A DNA stretch of 64,000 nucleotides from positions 32,001-96,000 of the IMG/VR virus record IMGVR_UViG_3300037264_006630. One strand, 5' to 3'. Under the pieces are notes generated by a model. That model saw nothing but the letters and a program-made list of their open reading frames with translations. It was not told the origin of the DNA and made no database searches. Shown one piece after another: positions 19,271 to 28,186 of the stretch; position 1 is the stretch's first letter; each line of letters starts with the position of its first letter. Made by a program: the position numbers and the translations under genes. Source of the DNA: a virus.

Positions 19271-19335
19271 TCCTCATGAATCACCCGCCGCTTCACCCTT
19301 TTTGTTCGATCACCTCACCTCTGAATGGACGCGCG

Positions 19336-19805
19336 ATGAGCCAAGACGACGACGATGCTTGCTCGGATCTGCAAGTCTCTCGGTTGAAGCGCGAGCGCGA
19401 CGATCTCGCGCGACGACTGGCCGAGATCGATCGGAGCCCGCCCTGGGACGTGAGCAGCGCGGACGTGCTGGCCATCCGCGACACGCTGTCCGAGGACTCG
19501 CCGCTCCGCGAGAAGTTCCTGCGGCTGGCGGCGGCGGCGCGATTCCGCCACGACGAGAAGTGCGCGATCATCGAGGACAACGCCCGGCGCTGGCGAGAGG
19601 AAGTGCAGACGTTGGCACGGCGGCTCGGTGCCGAGAAGCGTCCGGATGGGAGTGCCTTCGAGGGAGCCATCGACGCGATCATCCAGATCGAGACGATGGC
19701 CACCCCGCACTACGAGGAGAGCCTGCCGGCGGCGGTCAAGCGGGTCATCGGTGCGGTGTTCCGCGAGGGCGCCAGCGAGCCGCGGCGCGAAAGCTCCTGT
19801 CGTGA
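19336..19805 (+). CDS. hypothetical protein
   Basis: ORF track; GTGA coupling. Confidence 0.55.
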
Positions 19806-20494
19806 GCACCGCTCCTCACCGCTACAAGAGCCGGCCCGGCCGCGCCATCGACTCGTGCGAGCGCGAGGGCTGCGACGTCCAGCGCAAGCACGTCATGCGG
19901 CGCGGCCGGAAGACCCCCGTTGCCGTCTACCGGACCGGGGTCGGAGGGCTGTGGTCGGAGGCCCGCCCGCCCTGCATCAGCGTGGCGCCGGACGACGCGC
20001 TGCCCTACGTGCCGCCGCGCGGGCGCGACCCCATCCCGTTGGCGCCGATCGGGAGCCGCATCATCCACGTCGCGACGCTGGTGATCTACGGGGTCGGCGA
20101 AGCCGGCCATCACCACGGGCCCAAGGGCTCCTGCCTCTACTCGCTGCGGCCAGACAACGTGCTGCGCCCCGGCCTGTGGGAGCACCCCGGCGGCAAGGTC
20201 GAGAAGGGTGAGACGGTCGACGAGGCCGGTCTCCGCGAAGGCGTCGAGGAGCTCGGCGTCATCGTCCAGATCGACAGCACCCTCACCACGATCAGCATGG
20301 ATCTGGTGACCCACGTCATCGTCCTGACCGCGCTCGCCGCGCGCATCCAACCCAACGAACCGGCGCCGCAGCCGCTCACGTCGAAGAAGCTGCTCTGGCT
20401 TGAGCCGCAACAGGCGATCGACCACCTGCCCTGCTCGCCCGGTACCTACCCGATCCACCGCGCCGTGATGAACTGGATGGAGCGCCACCGATGA
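19802..20494 (+). CDS. NUDIX hydrolase with N-terminal extension
   Basis: Nudix box WEHPGGKVEKGETVDEAGLREGVEELG. Confidence 0.85.
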   Translation: MSTAPHRYKSRPGRAIDSCEREGCDVQRKHVMRRGRKTPVAVYRTGVGGLWSEARPPCISVAPDDALPYVPPRGRDPIPLAPIGSRIIHVATLVIYGVGEAGHHHGPKGSCLYSLRPDNVLRPGLWEHPGGKVEKGETVDEAGLREGVEELGVIVQIDSTLTTISMDLVTHVIVLTALAARIQPNEPAPQPLTSKKLLWLEPQQAIDHLPCSPGTYPIHRAVMNWMERHR

Positions 20495-22236
20495 CCAAGC
20501 CAGCTCGCCAGGATTCGGAGATCGTGCTCGGCATCCTGGCCGACGGAGGGCCGCTCCACCTCATCCTCCCCAAGCTCGTCGCCGCTCGCGTGCTGGTGAC
20601 AGCGACCAGCGGTGGCGGCAAGTCCTACGCGATCCGCAAGCTGCTCGAGGTCACCGCCAACCTCGTCGGTCCGCAGATCGTGATCGATCCGGAGGGTGAG
20701 TTCTACACGCTTCGCGATCGGTTCGAGCACCTGCTGGTCGGCCGTCCGGCGGGCCGGGCCGGCGACATCCCAGCATCGGTGAAGACGGCGGCGCTGCTTG
20801 CGCGCGAGCTGATGACCACCGGTGCGTCGGCCGTGATCGATCTCTCCGAGATGGACGAGGACGAGCAGCGGGAGTACGTGCGCGAGTTCGCCACTGCGCT
20901 GGTCGGCTTGCCGCGCGCGCTGTGGCGCCCAGCGCTGGTCGTGATCGACGAGGCGCAGATTTTCATCGCGGAGGGCGCCAAGGACGACGTGGCGATCGCC
21001 GTGCGGCGCCTCATGACGCGCGGGCGCAAGCGCGGGATCGCCACGGTCCTGGGCACGCAGCGGGTGAGCGCCATCGACAAGACGGCGGTCGCGCAGTGCG
21101 CCAACGTGCTGATCGGGCAGAACACCCTGGACATCGATGCCGACCGCTGCGCCAAGGCGCTCGGCATGCGCGCGGCCGACGCGCGTGACGTCCTGGCCGA
21201 CCTCGAGCCCGGCGAGTTCTTCGCGCGCGGCCCCGCGCTCACCAGGAAGGTGACGAAGTGTAAGATCGGCCTGGTCGCGACGCGGCACCCGGAGCCGGGC
21301 GAGGCGATGCCGACACCGCCTCCCGCGCCGGCCACGATGACCGCGCTGATCCAGAAGTTTGCGGCGATCCCGGCGGAGGCCGAGGTGGAGGCGCGGACTG
21401 TCGAGGAGCTGCGCGCGCAGGTGCGCGAGCTCGAGCACAAGCTCCGGGCCAAGCAGCCCACGGCCGCAGCGCCAGATCACGACGCGATCGAGCGCGCCGT
21501 CCGCGAGGCGAACACCCAGGCGCGCGACCACTTCCACGTCCAGATGCAGACCGTCCTGGACGCGGTCGAGAAGGAATCCATCGCAGTCGCCACCGTGTCG
21601 ATCGGGACCGCCATCAAGGCGGCGGTCGGGACGGTCCGCAACCTCTCGTTGCCGCCACCCCGTGCCAAGCGCAAGCCTGAGCCGTTCCGCGCAAGCGACA
21701 TCGAGCCTCCGCCCGCGGCGCCGAAGCCAGCGCCTCCGCGACGACGAGAACCGGCCGCCGGCATCACCGGCCCCGAGCAGCGGATCGTGGACGCGCTCGC
21801 CTGGTGGGAGCACTACAAGGTCTCACCGCCCACGCTACCGGCGCTCGCCTTCCGGGCCAGCTACAGCCCGAAGTCCAGCGGCTTCGTCAAGGCCCGCAGC
21901 CTGTGCCAGTCGAAGGGCCTCCTCACCTCCGAGGCTGGCGGTCGCACCCGCATCACCGACGCCGGGCGTGCGATCGCGAACGACACCGCGGGCGACCTGA
22001 TGACCCAGGTGTACGAGATGCTGGCCACTCCCGAGGAGCGCTTGCTTCGTGCGCTCGTGGCGCATCGCAGCGGCCTCACCGACGACCACTTGGCCGAGCT
22101 CGGCGGCTACAGCCCGAACACTTCGGGCTACGTGAAGGCACGAGGCCACCTCTGCTCGCTCGGCCTCGCGGTCCGCGTGCGGCCCGACTGGACCGAGCCG
22201 GCGCCGTTCCTGTTCGCCGAGGACCCGCCGCCGTGA
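20491..22236 (+). CDS. HerA/FtsK-superfamily (DUF87/DUF853-like) ATPase with two C-terminal winged-helix-like repeats
   Basis: ATSGGGKS, VIDPEGEF, LVVIDEAQ, RGRKRGI, TQR; repeats YSPKSSGFVKAR / YSPNTSGYVKAR. Confidence 0.85.
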   Translation: MTKPARQDSEIVLGILADGGPLHLILPKLVAARVLVTATSGGGKSYAIRKLLEVTANLVGPQIVIDPEGEFYTLRDRFEHLLVGRPAGRAGDIPASVKTAALLARELMTTGASAVIDLSEMDEDEQREYVREFATALVGLPRALWRPALVVIDEAQIFIAEGAKDDVAIAVRRLMTRGRKRGIATVLGTQRVSAIDKTAVAQCANVLIGQNTLDIDADRCAKALGMRAADARDVLADLEPGEFFARGPALTRKVTKCKIGLVATRHPEPGEAMPTPPPAPATMTALIQKFAAIPAEAEVEARTVEELRAQVRELEHKLRAKQPTAAAPDHDAIERAVREANTQARDHFHVQMQTVLDAVEKESIAVATVSIGTAIKAAVGTVRNLSLPPPRAKRKPEPFRASDIEPPPAAPKPAPPRRREPAAGITGPEQRIVDALAWWEHYKVSPPTLPALAFRASYSPKSSGFVKARSLCQSKGLLTSEAGGRTRITDAGRAIANDTAGDLMTQVYEMLATPEERLLRALVAHRSGLTDDHLAELGGYSPNTSGYVKARGHLCSLGLAVRVRPDWTEPAPFLFAEDPPP

Positions 22237-22490
22237 CGCAGTTGGATCTGAGCTACGCTCCGCCCCGCCGCGTCATCACGTTCACCGTGTTCGAGTCGGT
22301 GGTGACCGTAGCCGCCGATGGCACCGAGACCTGCGAGACGCGCATCCGCTGGACGGCCGAGCACGATGGCAGGTCCTACGGGGACGAGGTGGCTGTCCCT
22401 GGGCTGACCGCCGTCGGCTACGTGATGTGCCAGGCGCTCTACCGCGCCGAAGCGACCATGGCCGCCGCGCGCGGCGAGAAGGAGACCTGA
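22233..22490 (+). CDS. hypothetical protein
   Basis: GTGA coupling. Confidence 0.55.
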   Translation: MTQLDLSYAPPRRVITFTVFESVVTVAADGTETCETRIRWTAEHDGRSYGDEVAVPGLTAVGYVMCQALYRAEATMAAARGEKET

Positions 22491-22990
22491 TGACGAGCCA
22501 CACTCCGATCGAATACTTCACCGAAGACACCAAGGACGACGGACTACGAGCCAAGAGCCAGACCTGGCGGGCCGAGCACAACGGCAACCAGTACGGCGTC
22601 TGTATCGTCACGGCACTCGACGACGTGAAGGGCGCGCCGATCCCGGACGCCGCCGCGGCCCGCATGCTGGCCGCGGACCGCCTGGCGTTGGAACGGAACG
22701 CCGAGGCGACCATGGCGATCGTGTGGAACGTACGCCCGGAGGTACTGGATGCAGCGAACAGGTACCACGACGGCTACTGCATGAACCTCATGCTCGGTCG
22801 GTTGCTCGAGAAGGCGACGCTGGCAGATGTGCTGGAGCTCGTGAGGCTGACCGACCTCGTGGGCAACGAGGGTGTGCTCAATCTGTACGCTCGTGACGCG
22901 GTGCTTACCAGCGATCAGCAAGCACTCCGCATGCTGCGGCATGGCGAGCCGGAGGCTGAGTTCAAGGCGAAGCACGGCATCGCAACCTGA
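22490..22990 (+). CDS. hypothetical protein
   Basis: TGATG coupling; GGAG SD. Confidence 0.55.
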   Translation: MTSHTPIEYFTEDTKDDGLRAKSQTWRAEHNGNQYGVCIVTALDDVKGAPIPDAAAARMLAADRLALERNAEATMAIVWNVRPEVLDAANRYHDGYCMNLMLGRLLEKATLADVLELVRLTDLVGNEGVLNLYARDAVLTSDQQALRMLRHGEPEAEFKAKHGIAT

Positions 22991-23040
22991 CGCGTGGCAT
23001 CGTGCGCCGCCTCCCCTCGACGAAGTAGAACGGATCCCCC

Positions 23041-23406
23041 ATGACGAAAGCCGTAGCCGTGACCGTGCCCCTTCACCGACGAGACGAAGACAAGGGGGAC
23101 GACGGAGAGGTGGCGTCAGCGGAGTCGCTCGCGGTCGAGCTCGAGAAGGCGACCGCGCCCATCCGAGCGCGACAGGAGAAGGCCGCGGCGGCGCGCGCCA
23201 AGATCCTGGCGCGTGAGCGCTTGGTTCCCGGCGCCGTCGTGATCATCGAGGTCGCCCATCCCGACGAGGGCGTGGGCGCCGGGCAACTCGGGCGCATCAC
23301 CAGCCTCCGCGGCGGCGATGCCGCTCTGGTGTCCACGAAGGGCGCCACCCGGACCGTCGAGGTTCTCTGTCCGCTCGATCGCCTCCACTGGATCTGGTCG
23401 GACTGA
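23041..23406 (+). CDS. hypothetical protein with KOW/SH3-like C-terminus
   Basis: LVPGAVVII...GQLGRI pattern. Confidence 0.5.
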   Translation: MTKAVAVTVPLHRRDEDKGDDGEVASAESLAVELEKATAPIRARQEKAAAARAKILARERLVPGAVVIIEVAHPDEGVGAGQLGRITSLRGGDAALVSTKGATRTVEVLCPLDRLHWIWSD

Positions 23407-23515
23407 CCGCGGGTCGAACCGGCAACCGGGCGGCGGTGGCGTGCAAGGTGCTGGAAGCAGGTGGGTACTGAACGGGCATGCAGCGATTTTGGCGTTGCGC
23501 GCCCTTCGATTCATC

Positions 23516-23554
23516 TTGCGCGCCCTCCAGTTCACACACACCATCGTGTGCATG
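23516..23554 (+). promoter_or_regulatory. class A leaderless promoter (divergent variant)
   Basis: TTGCGC-17-CACCAT-7nt-ATGAA. Confidence 0.45.
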
Positions 23555-23944
23555 AAGAACACGACGCTCATCGCCGCCATCCTGACCGCCCTCGCCGCCT
23601 GCACCGAGCCGGCCGCCCCGCACTGGTACCCGACCGTGGTCTACCAGACCACCATGTCCGACGGGCGGCAGGCCACGCTCTACGGGGCGGAGATCACGGA
23701 CGTGTGCCTGGCCATCGCCGATGCCGCCTGCCAGGAGGACGTTCCGTGCAGCTACGACTTCTACGCCCACTGCAATCCGGGCCACGGGCAGGGCAGCAGC
23801 CAGATCATGGCCGGCTCGCTCATCGGCTGGGACGAGCTCTGGGTCGACTGCTTCGACGCGACGGCGGACCTGCCGCGCGACTACGCCGGCAAGACGACGA
23901 TCCACGGCTGCGAGAAGCTCACGCCGTACTGGACCGGGTCGTGA
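23552..23944 (+). CDS. lipoprotein
   Basis: signal peptide MKNTTLIAAILTALAA followed by lipobox Cys; Cys-rich mature part. Confidence 0.7.
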   Translation: MKNTTLIAAILTALAACTEPAAPHWYPTVVYQTTMSDGRQATLYGAEITDVCLAIADAACQEDVPCSYDFYAHCNPGHGQGSSQIMAGSLIGWDELWVDCFDATADLPRDYAGKTTIHGCEKLTPYWTGS

Positions 23945-24149
23945 GCCTGGGCCACACCATCGTCGGCCGTCGCGCCGTCGCGCGGCGTAGCCCCGACCCC
24001 TGGCGGGTACTTCGCTGGTTCACGCTCCTGCCGGCCGCGGCGCGGCAAGCTCGGCCGGTCGTGCTCCTGGGGCCGGACACGCCGTTCTGGACGATCCCCC
24101 GTTGACACCCGGTCGACGCCTGGACTAGGGTCTGCGTGCTGGGTGACAG

Positions 24150-24175
24150 GGCCTCCGAGGGCAACTTCGGAGGCC
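24150..24175 (+). terminator. 10-bp hairpin downstream of a TTGACA...TAGGGT promoter-like site
   Basis: GGCCTCCGAG / TTCGGAGGCC followed by ATTCGCTTTT. Confidence 0.5.
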
Positions 24176-24269
24176 ATTCGCTTTTCGGAAGAAATCGACA
24201 TGGGGCGCGAGGGATTTCTGGAAACGCCGACATATGAGGAGGGAGCAGGGCGAGCGCACTACAACCCGA

Positions 24270-24309
24270 TGGACAGTCGCCGCACATCGCGCGTATGGTG
24301 AGGCGCATG
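24270..24309 (+). promoter_or_regulatory. class A leaderless promoter
   Basis: TGGACA-18-TATGGT-7nt-ATGAA. Confidence 0.6.
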
Positions 24310-24537
24310 AACAAGAAGAAGAAGTGGTTCGGCAGGGAAGACGGCGTCAGCGTGCTGGCCAATCCGGACTGGAGCGGGGAGGCGACGATCCAGGCCACCG
24401 TCGATGGCTTCGTGCGGCGCTGGGTGGTCTTGGCCGATGAGCTCGTTGTCGGCCTCGCGTCCTCCGACGCGCCGCCATTCGTGCTGAGCCAAGCGACGGC
24501 GATCGCCGCAGCGGCCAAGGCGCGGGTGTCTGCGTGA
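24307..24537 (+). CDS. hypothetical protein
   Basis: ATG at class A promoter. Confidence 0.55.
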   Translation: MNKKKKWFGREDGVSVLANPDWSGEATIQATVDGFVRRWVVLADELVVGLASSDAPPFVLSQATAIAAAAKARVSA

Positions 24538-25160
24538 ACATCGTCGATGTGCCAACTCCTCCGTTCGAGGATCTGAGCACCGACCACATGCCGTTCTGGC
24601 GCGTGCGTCACGACAAGTTCGGTGCGCCGGTCGTCGTCTGCCTGCGCTGCAAGCAAGAGACGAACGTACCGATGACCTCCACGTTGGAGAACATGACGCG
24701 GGTGGCGGTGCGTCATCAGCAAGAGGCGCACGCCGCCGTCGTTCGACCTGTCGACTCCAAATACGAACAAGCGACGGCCGGACCGCACTACTTGGTCCGG
24801 GTCGTGGTCGCTCCGGGCGAAGACCTGCCGGTGTGGGTGGCCCACCGCCTGACGTTCGACTGCGTCTCGCAGGGCGACACCATCGAGCAGGCGCTCGAGG
24901 CCATCAACGAGGCGATGCAGATGGTGATCGAGGACGACACCGCTGCCGGCCTGGACCCGCGCGAGCGGTCGGCGCCGTCGGAATACTGGCAGTTCGCGCG
25001 AGAGGTCGCTGCGGCCTCCGAGATCACCGAGGGCGCAGCGGCGGGCTGGCCTCGCACGGAGGAGGGCGCGGCCGTGCTGGTGATGGACTACACCTTCCCG
25101 GCCAACGGATCGCCGCCTACCTTCCGGCGCTGGGCGAGAGCGCGTACTCTGCCCGAGTGA
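24534..25160 (+). CDS. HicB-like antitoxin domain protein (no adjacent hicA)
   Basis: WVAHRLTFDCVSQGDTIEQALEAINEAMQMVIE. Confidence 0.7.
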   Translation: MNIVDVPTPPFEDLSTDHMPFWRVRHDKFGAPVVVCLRCKQETNVPMTSTLENMTRVAVRHQQEAHAAVVRPVDSKYEQATAGPHYLVRVVVAPGEDLPVWVAHRLTFDCVSQGDTIEQALEAINEAMQMVIEDDTAAGLDPRERSAPSEYWQFAREVAAASEITEGAAAGWPRTEEGAAVLVMDYTFPANGSPPTFRRWARARTLPE

Positions 25161-25486
25161 GTTGCTCCGCGGGAACGATCACGATTCGCCAGGGCGACCG
25201 CTGGCCGGCGCTCGAGCTTCCCGTGGCCGCTGGTTGCGACGAGGTGTTCGCCGCCGCCGACTACACCGGCTGGACGCTCCTCCTCGTAGGCCCGGCGACG
25301 ATCACCGGGGCGATGACCTTCGACGGGGTGGAGATGGTCGCGGTCTACACCTGGGCCGCCGGGTCCACCGACGTGCCCGGGACCTACGTGGCGCTGGTCC
25401 AGGCCACGCACATCGCGTCCGGCACCACCCGCACCTTCCCCGCCTCCGGTGGGGCCGAGGTCATCATCGTGGCCCTGCCGTCGTGA
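25157..25486 (+). CDS. BppU N-terminal-like Ig-fold virion domain
   Basis: IRQGDRWPAL...YTWAAGSTDVPGTY...TFPASG pattern. Confidence 0.6.
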   Translation: MSCSAGTITIRQGDRWPALELPVAAGCDEVFAAADYTGWTLLLVGPATITGAMTFDGVEMVAVYTWAAGSTDVPGTYVALVQATHIASGTTRTFPASGGAEVIIVALPS

Positions 25487-25595
25487 AGCGCCTCGCCTTC
25501 CTCCTGCACAACCTGATCGGCCACCCGATCGCCGGCGTGCTGTGGTTCCTGGGCTTCGAGAGGGCCGGCAACGCCATCCACCGGCTGGGCGCGCC

Positions 25596-25958
25596 GTGAG
25601 CGATCCGCCCCTGCCCTTCGACCTGTCCGAGCCAGCCGAGCTGAAGCGCCCGCTCGTAGTCGAGATGCCGCCACCGCGGGTCGAGATCCGCCACGACGAG
25701 CGCGGCCCGCGGGCCGTGGTACTGCCTGACCCGCCCGACGACGAGGTTGCGGAATGCCGCCGCCGCCGCATCGTCGCCGCGCGTGAGGGGACGACCGAGT
25801 GGGGGGACCTGGTGAAGTGCAGCGGGTGCTCCGATCAGTTCTTCGTCACGGAGGGCATGCACGCCTTCCACCTCGCCGTTTGCCCCGGCTGCGGTGCGGT
25901 TGGTGCGGAACCCGTCGACACGAGCCCGCACCGCGAGCCACCGGAAGGACCACGATGA
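25596..25958 (+). CDS. Zn-ribbon hypothetical protein
   Basis: CSGC...CPGC; coupling. Confidence 0.5.
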   Translation: MSDPPLPFDLSEPAELKRPLVVEMPPPRVEIRHDERGPRAVVLPDPPDDEVAECRRRRIVAAREGTTEWGDLVKCSGCSDQFFVTEGMHAFHLAVCPGCGAVGAEPVDTSPHREPPEGPR

Positions 25959-26296
25959 GCAACCCCGACGACGATCCCCCGGACGCGACCCAGGTGGAGA
26001 CCGAGCTCCCACGCGCGGCGCCGCCGGCGGGGATGGTGGTGCAGCTCGTGCCGCGACCGACGCCGGACACCAAGGGGCCGACCGTCCACGCGACCACCAT
26101 CGAGATCCTCGAGCTGATGCTGGCGCAGGCCCGCAAGGGCGAAGCGACCTGCATCGTCGCCGTCACCTGGCACCCCGGTGGCCCGCCGCAGATCCGCATG
26201 AGCACCGATGACAAGGTGCTGGCCCTGGGCGCGCTCCGCACGATGGAGCACTGCGTCGTCCGCGACTGGCTCGACGGCGGAGTGATCAGCAAGTGA
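25955..26296 (+). CDS. hypothetical protein
   Basis: ATGA coupling. Confidence 0.55.
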   Translation: MSNPDDDPPDATQVETELPRAAPPAGMVVQLVPRPTPDTKGPTVHATTIEILELMLAQARKGEATCIVAVTWHPGGPPQIRMSTDDKVLALGALRTMEHCVVRDWLDGGVISK

Positions 26297-26673
26297 CCGC
26301 CCCTGCCGCCGACATCCCCGGCATCATCGCCAGGATCCGGGACGAGCTCGCCCGGTACGCCTGCGCGGGCCCGATCCCCATCACCTTCGAGGTCAGCCGC
26401 CACCCGACCTACGAGCGGGTCGTCATCACAGCGGTCGCCTCCGTGCCCGACGTGGACATCCACCGCGCGACAGGCGAGATGGTGATGCGCACGGTCCGGC
26501 ACACGCGCGTGATGAGCCCGCACGACCTGACGGAGACGGGCGAGGTCGTCGCGCAACTGGTGCGAGTGGCCTTCTCGCACGAGGCGGCGGAGTGGCTGAC
26601 CCGCGATGGGGTCGTGATCGACGACCGCCACAGGGCGCACCCGGCGCAGAAGACACCGTCCCCAACCGCATGA
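26293..26673 (+). CDS. conserved phage hypothetical protein
   Basis: HEAAEWL..DG..I.D.H motif; coupling. Confidence 0.55.
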   Translation: MTAPAADIPGIIARIRDELARYACAGPIPITFEVSRHPTYERVVITAVASVPDVDIHRATGEMVMRTVRHTRVMSPHDLTETGEVVAQLVRVAFSHEAAEWLTRDGVVIDDRHRAHPAQKTPSPTA

Positions 26674-27419
26674 CCGAGGTACCCATGACGACCGATCCGA
26701 ACCAGCCAACCTTCACCAACGTCGCCGCGTTCAAGTCGCTCTATGCCGACATCGGCCGCGACTTCTACGCCGTCTACTGCGCGAGCAGCGGCGGCAAGAA
26801 CTTCCAGGGCAATCCCTGTCCTGCCTGGGACGATCTACCGGAGGCCGTGCGGGGCCACTGGAGCGTGGTCGCCCACCGCGCCTTCGAGTGGGTCCACGAC
26901 GCGGTCAAGGTCCCGGCGGAGAGCCTGGATGGCCTGCCCGACCCGCTGGCGGCGCTGGCGACCTACCAGTCGTACGCGGGGCCGAGCGCGCCGGTCCCGG
27001 CCAAGGCCGCCGCTCGCGCGGCGATGAAGGAGAGGCTGCTGGCAGAGGCCGCGCTCGGGACCATGCGCTGCGGCCGACGCGATGAAGGCGGTCCGCCCTC
27101 GGACTCGCCGACCCCGGACCGCTGGCACGATCGCGACGGCCGCCTGGTCTGTTCGTACTGCGGCTCCGCGCGCCCGGAGGACTTCCTCGCTCGCGCCGCC
27201 GCTGGCGAGCCGGTGACGCCGACCGACAAGAACTACAAGGTGTACATCGGCAAGAACTACAAGGTGTACTTCCAGCACTTCGACACCGCGCAGCGCGACG
27301 AGCTCGTCCGGCTGGTCAACGCCGGGGAACTGGTCTTCGAGCACCCCGGCTTCTTCTACGTGACGCCGTTCTTCATGACCCGCGTGGAGCCGCCGCCCAC
27401 GGTGACGGTGACCCCATGA
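26670..27419 (+). CDS. hypothetical protein (possibly two fused domains)
   Basis: ORF track; CSYCGS motif. Confidence 0.55.
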   Translation: MTEVPMTTDPNQPTFTNVAAFKSLYADIGRDFYAVYCASSGGKNFQGNPCPAWDDLPEAVRGHWSVVAHRAFEWVHDAVKVPAESLDGLPDPLAALATYQSYAGPSAPVPAKAAARAAMKERLLAEAALGTMRCGRRDEGGPPSDSPTPDRWHDRDGRLVCSYCGSARPEDFLARAAAGEPVTPTDKNYKVYIGKNYKVYFQHFDTAQRDELVRLVNAGELVFEHPGFFYVTPFFMTRVEPPPTVTVTP

Positions 27420-27742
27420 GCGACGTCCCTACCCACCTGCGCGGCGCCACCATCATGACGCCCGGCGACCGCATCCGACACGAGATCGCCCGCGCCGACC
27501 GTCGTGCCGAGGAGAAACTGGCGGCGGCCTTCCCGACCGACGATGGACCGGTGACCGATGTGGAGGTCAGGTCGCTGCGGGAGTGGCTGGCCTCCTGGGG
27601 GTCGGGGCCGAATCGGTACGACGGCACGGGTGCAACGGTGCCGTTCGCCAAGGTCACCCTGATCCGCCTGCTCGACGAGATCGAGCGCCTCCGCGCGTCC
27701 ACGCCCGCGCCCGTCTGCGAGAACGGCGAGGACGGGGCCTGA
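27416..27742 (+). CDS. hypothetical protein
   Basis: ATGA coupling. Confidence 0.55.
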   Translation: MSDVPTHLRGATIMTPGDRIRHEIARADRRAEEKLAAAFPTDDGPVTDVEVRSLREWLASWGSGPNRYDGTGATVPFAKVTLIRLLDEIERLRASTPAPVCENGEDGA

Positions 27743-27749
27743 TCGGTTC

Positions 27750-27825
27750 TGGTACCACCTGCGGGACTCGAACCCGCACCACCCGGGTCTGAGCCGGGTA
27801 CCTCTACCAGTTGGGCTAAGGTGGC
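27750..27825 (-). tRNA. tRNA-Leu(CAG), short variable loop, CCA encoded
   Basis: GCCACCT/AGGTGGT acceptor, A73, CCCGG-CTCAGAC-CCGGG anticodon arm, GCGGG-TTCGAGT-CCCGC T arm. Confidence 0.9.
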
Positions 27826-27829
27826 GTCG

Positions 27830-27904
27830 TGTCGCGGGCGGGGGTCGAACCCGCACTGTCCGGTCCCTCAGACCGGTGCCTCCTGCCAATTGGGCTACCG
27901 CGAC
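27830..27904 (-). tRNA. tRNA-Leu(GAG), short variable loop
   Basis: GTCGCGG/CCGCGAC acceptor, A73, CCGGT-CTGAGGG-ACCGG anticodon arm, intact T arm. Confidence 0.9.
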
Positions 27905-27908
27905 GAGG

Positions 27909-27980
27909 TGCCGGCGAGTGGACTCGAACCACCAACTCGCGATTTTTGGGATCGCAGCCTCTGCCTTGGGCTACGCCGGC
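27909..27980 (-). tRNA. tRNA-Leu(CAA), short variable loop, C33
   Basis: GCCGGCG/CGCCGGC acceptor, A73, GCGAT-CCCAAAA-ATCGC anticodon arm. Confidence 0.8.
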
Positions 27981-28098
27981 CAGCTCGTCAGACGCACGAA
28001 CGACAACTCACGCCGATAGGCGGAGAAGTCGAAGTCGTGCGGAGAGCAATCGGCGGGTCACGTCACCCTGGTAGCACCGCGGCGCCGCCGTCGTCAAG

Positions 28099-28181
28099 CG
28101 GAAGGTGTAGGACTCGAACCCGCCCCACGAGGGGGCCACCGAGCTAGCAACCCGGGTCGCGCCCATGCGCGCTCACCTTCC
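28099..28181 (-). tRNA. tRNA-Ser(GCT), non-canonical 9/3-like fold
   Basis: G73, long variable arm, loop TTGCTAG, G8 pairs in an extended acceptor, 3-bp T stem, 5-bp D stem with 4-nt loop. Confidence 0.8.
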
Positions 28182-28186
28182 AGTCG

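Noticed and set aside
23437-23452. TGGCGT-N5-GTGCT sigma54-like spacing
   Set aside because: No palindrome, no paired upstream sites and no ATG at 13-14 nt; likely chance in GC-rich DNA
27227-27269. 19-bp direct repeat (KNYKVY x2)
   Set aside because: Simple in-frame tandem duplication; only two copies and no spacer array
27981-28098. Possible degenerate tRNA between the Leu and Ser genes (TTCGACT, CGCCGAT/ATCGGCG stem)
   Set aside because: No acceptor stem or anticodon arm can be built; more likely a promoter/spacer (TTGACG at 28097, TTCGTGCGT at 28000)
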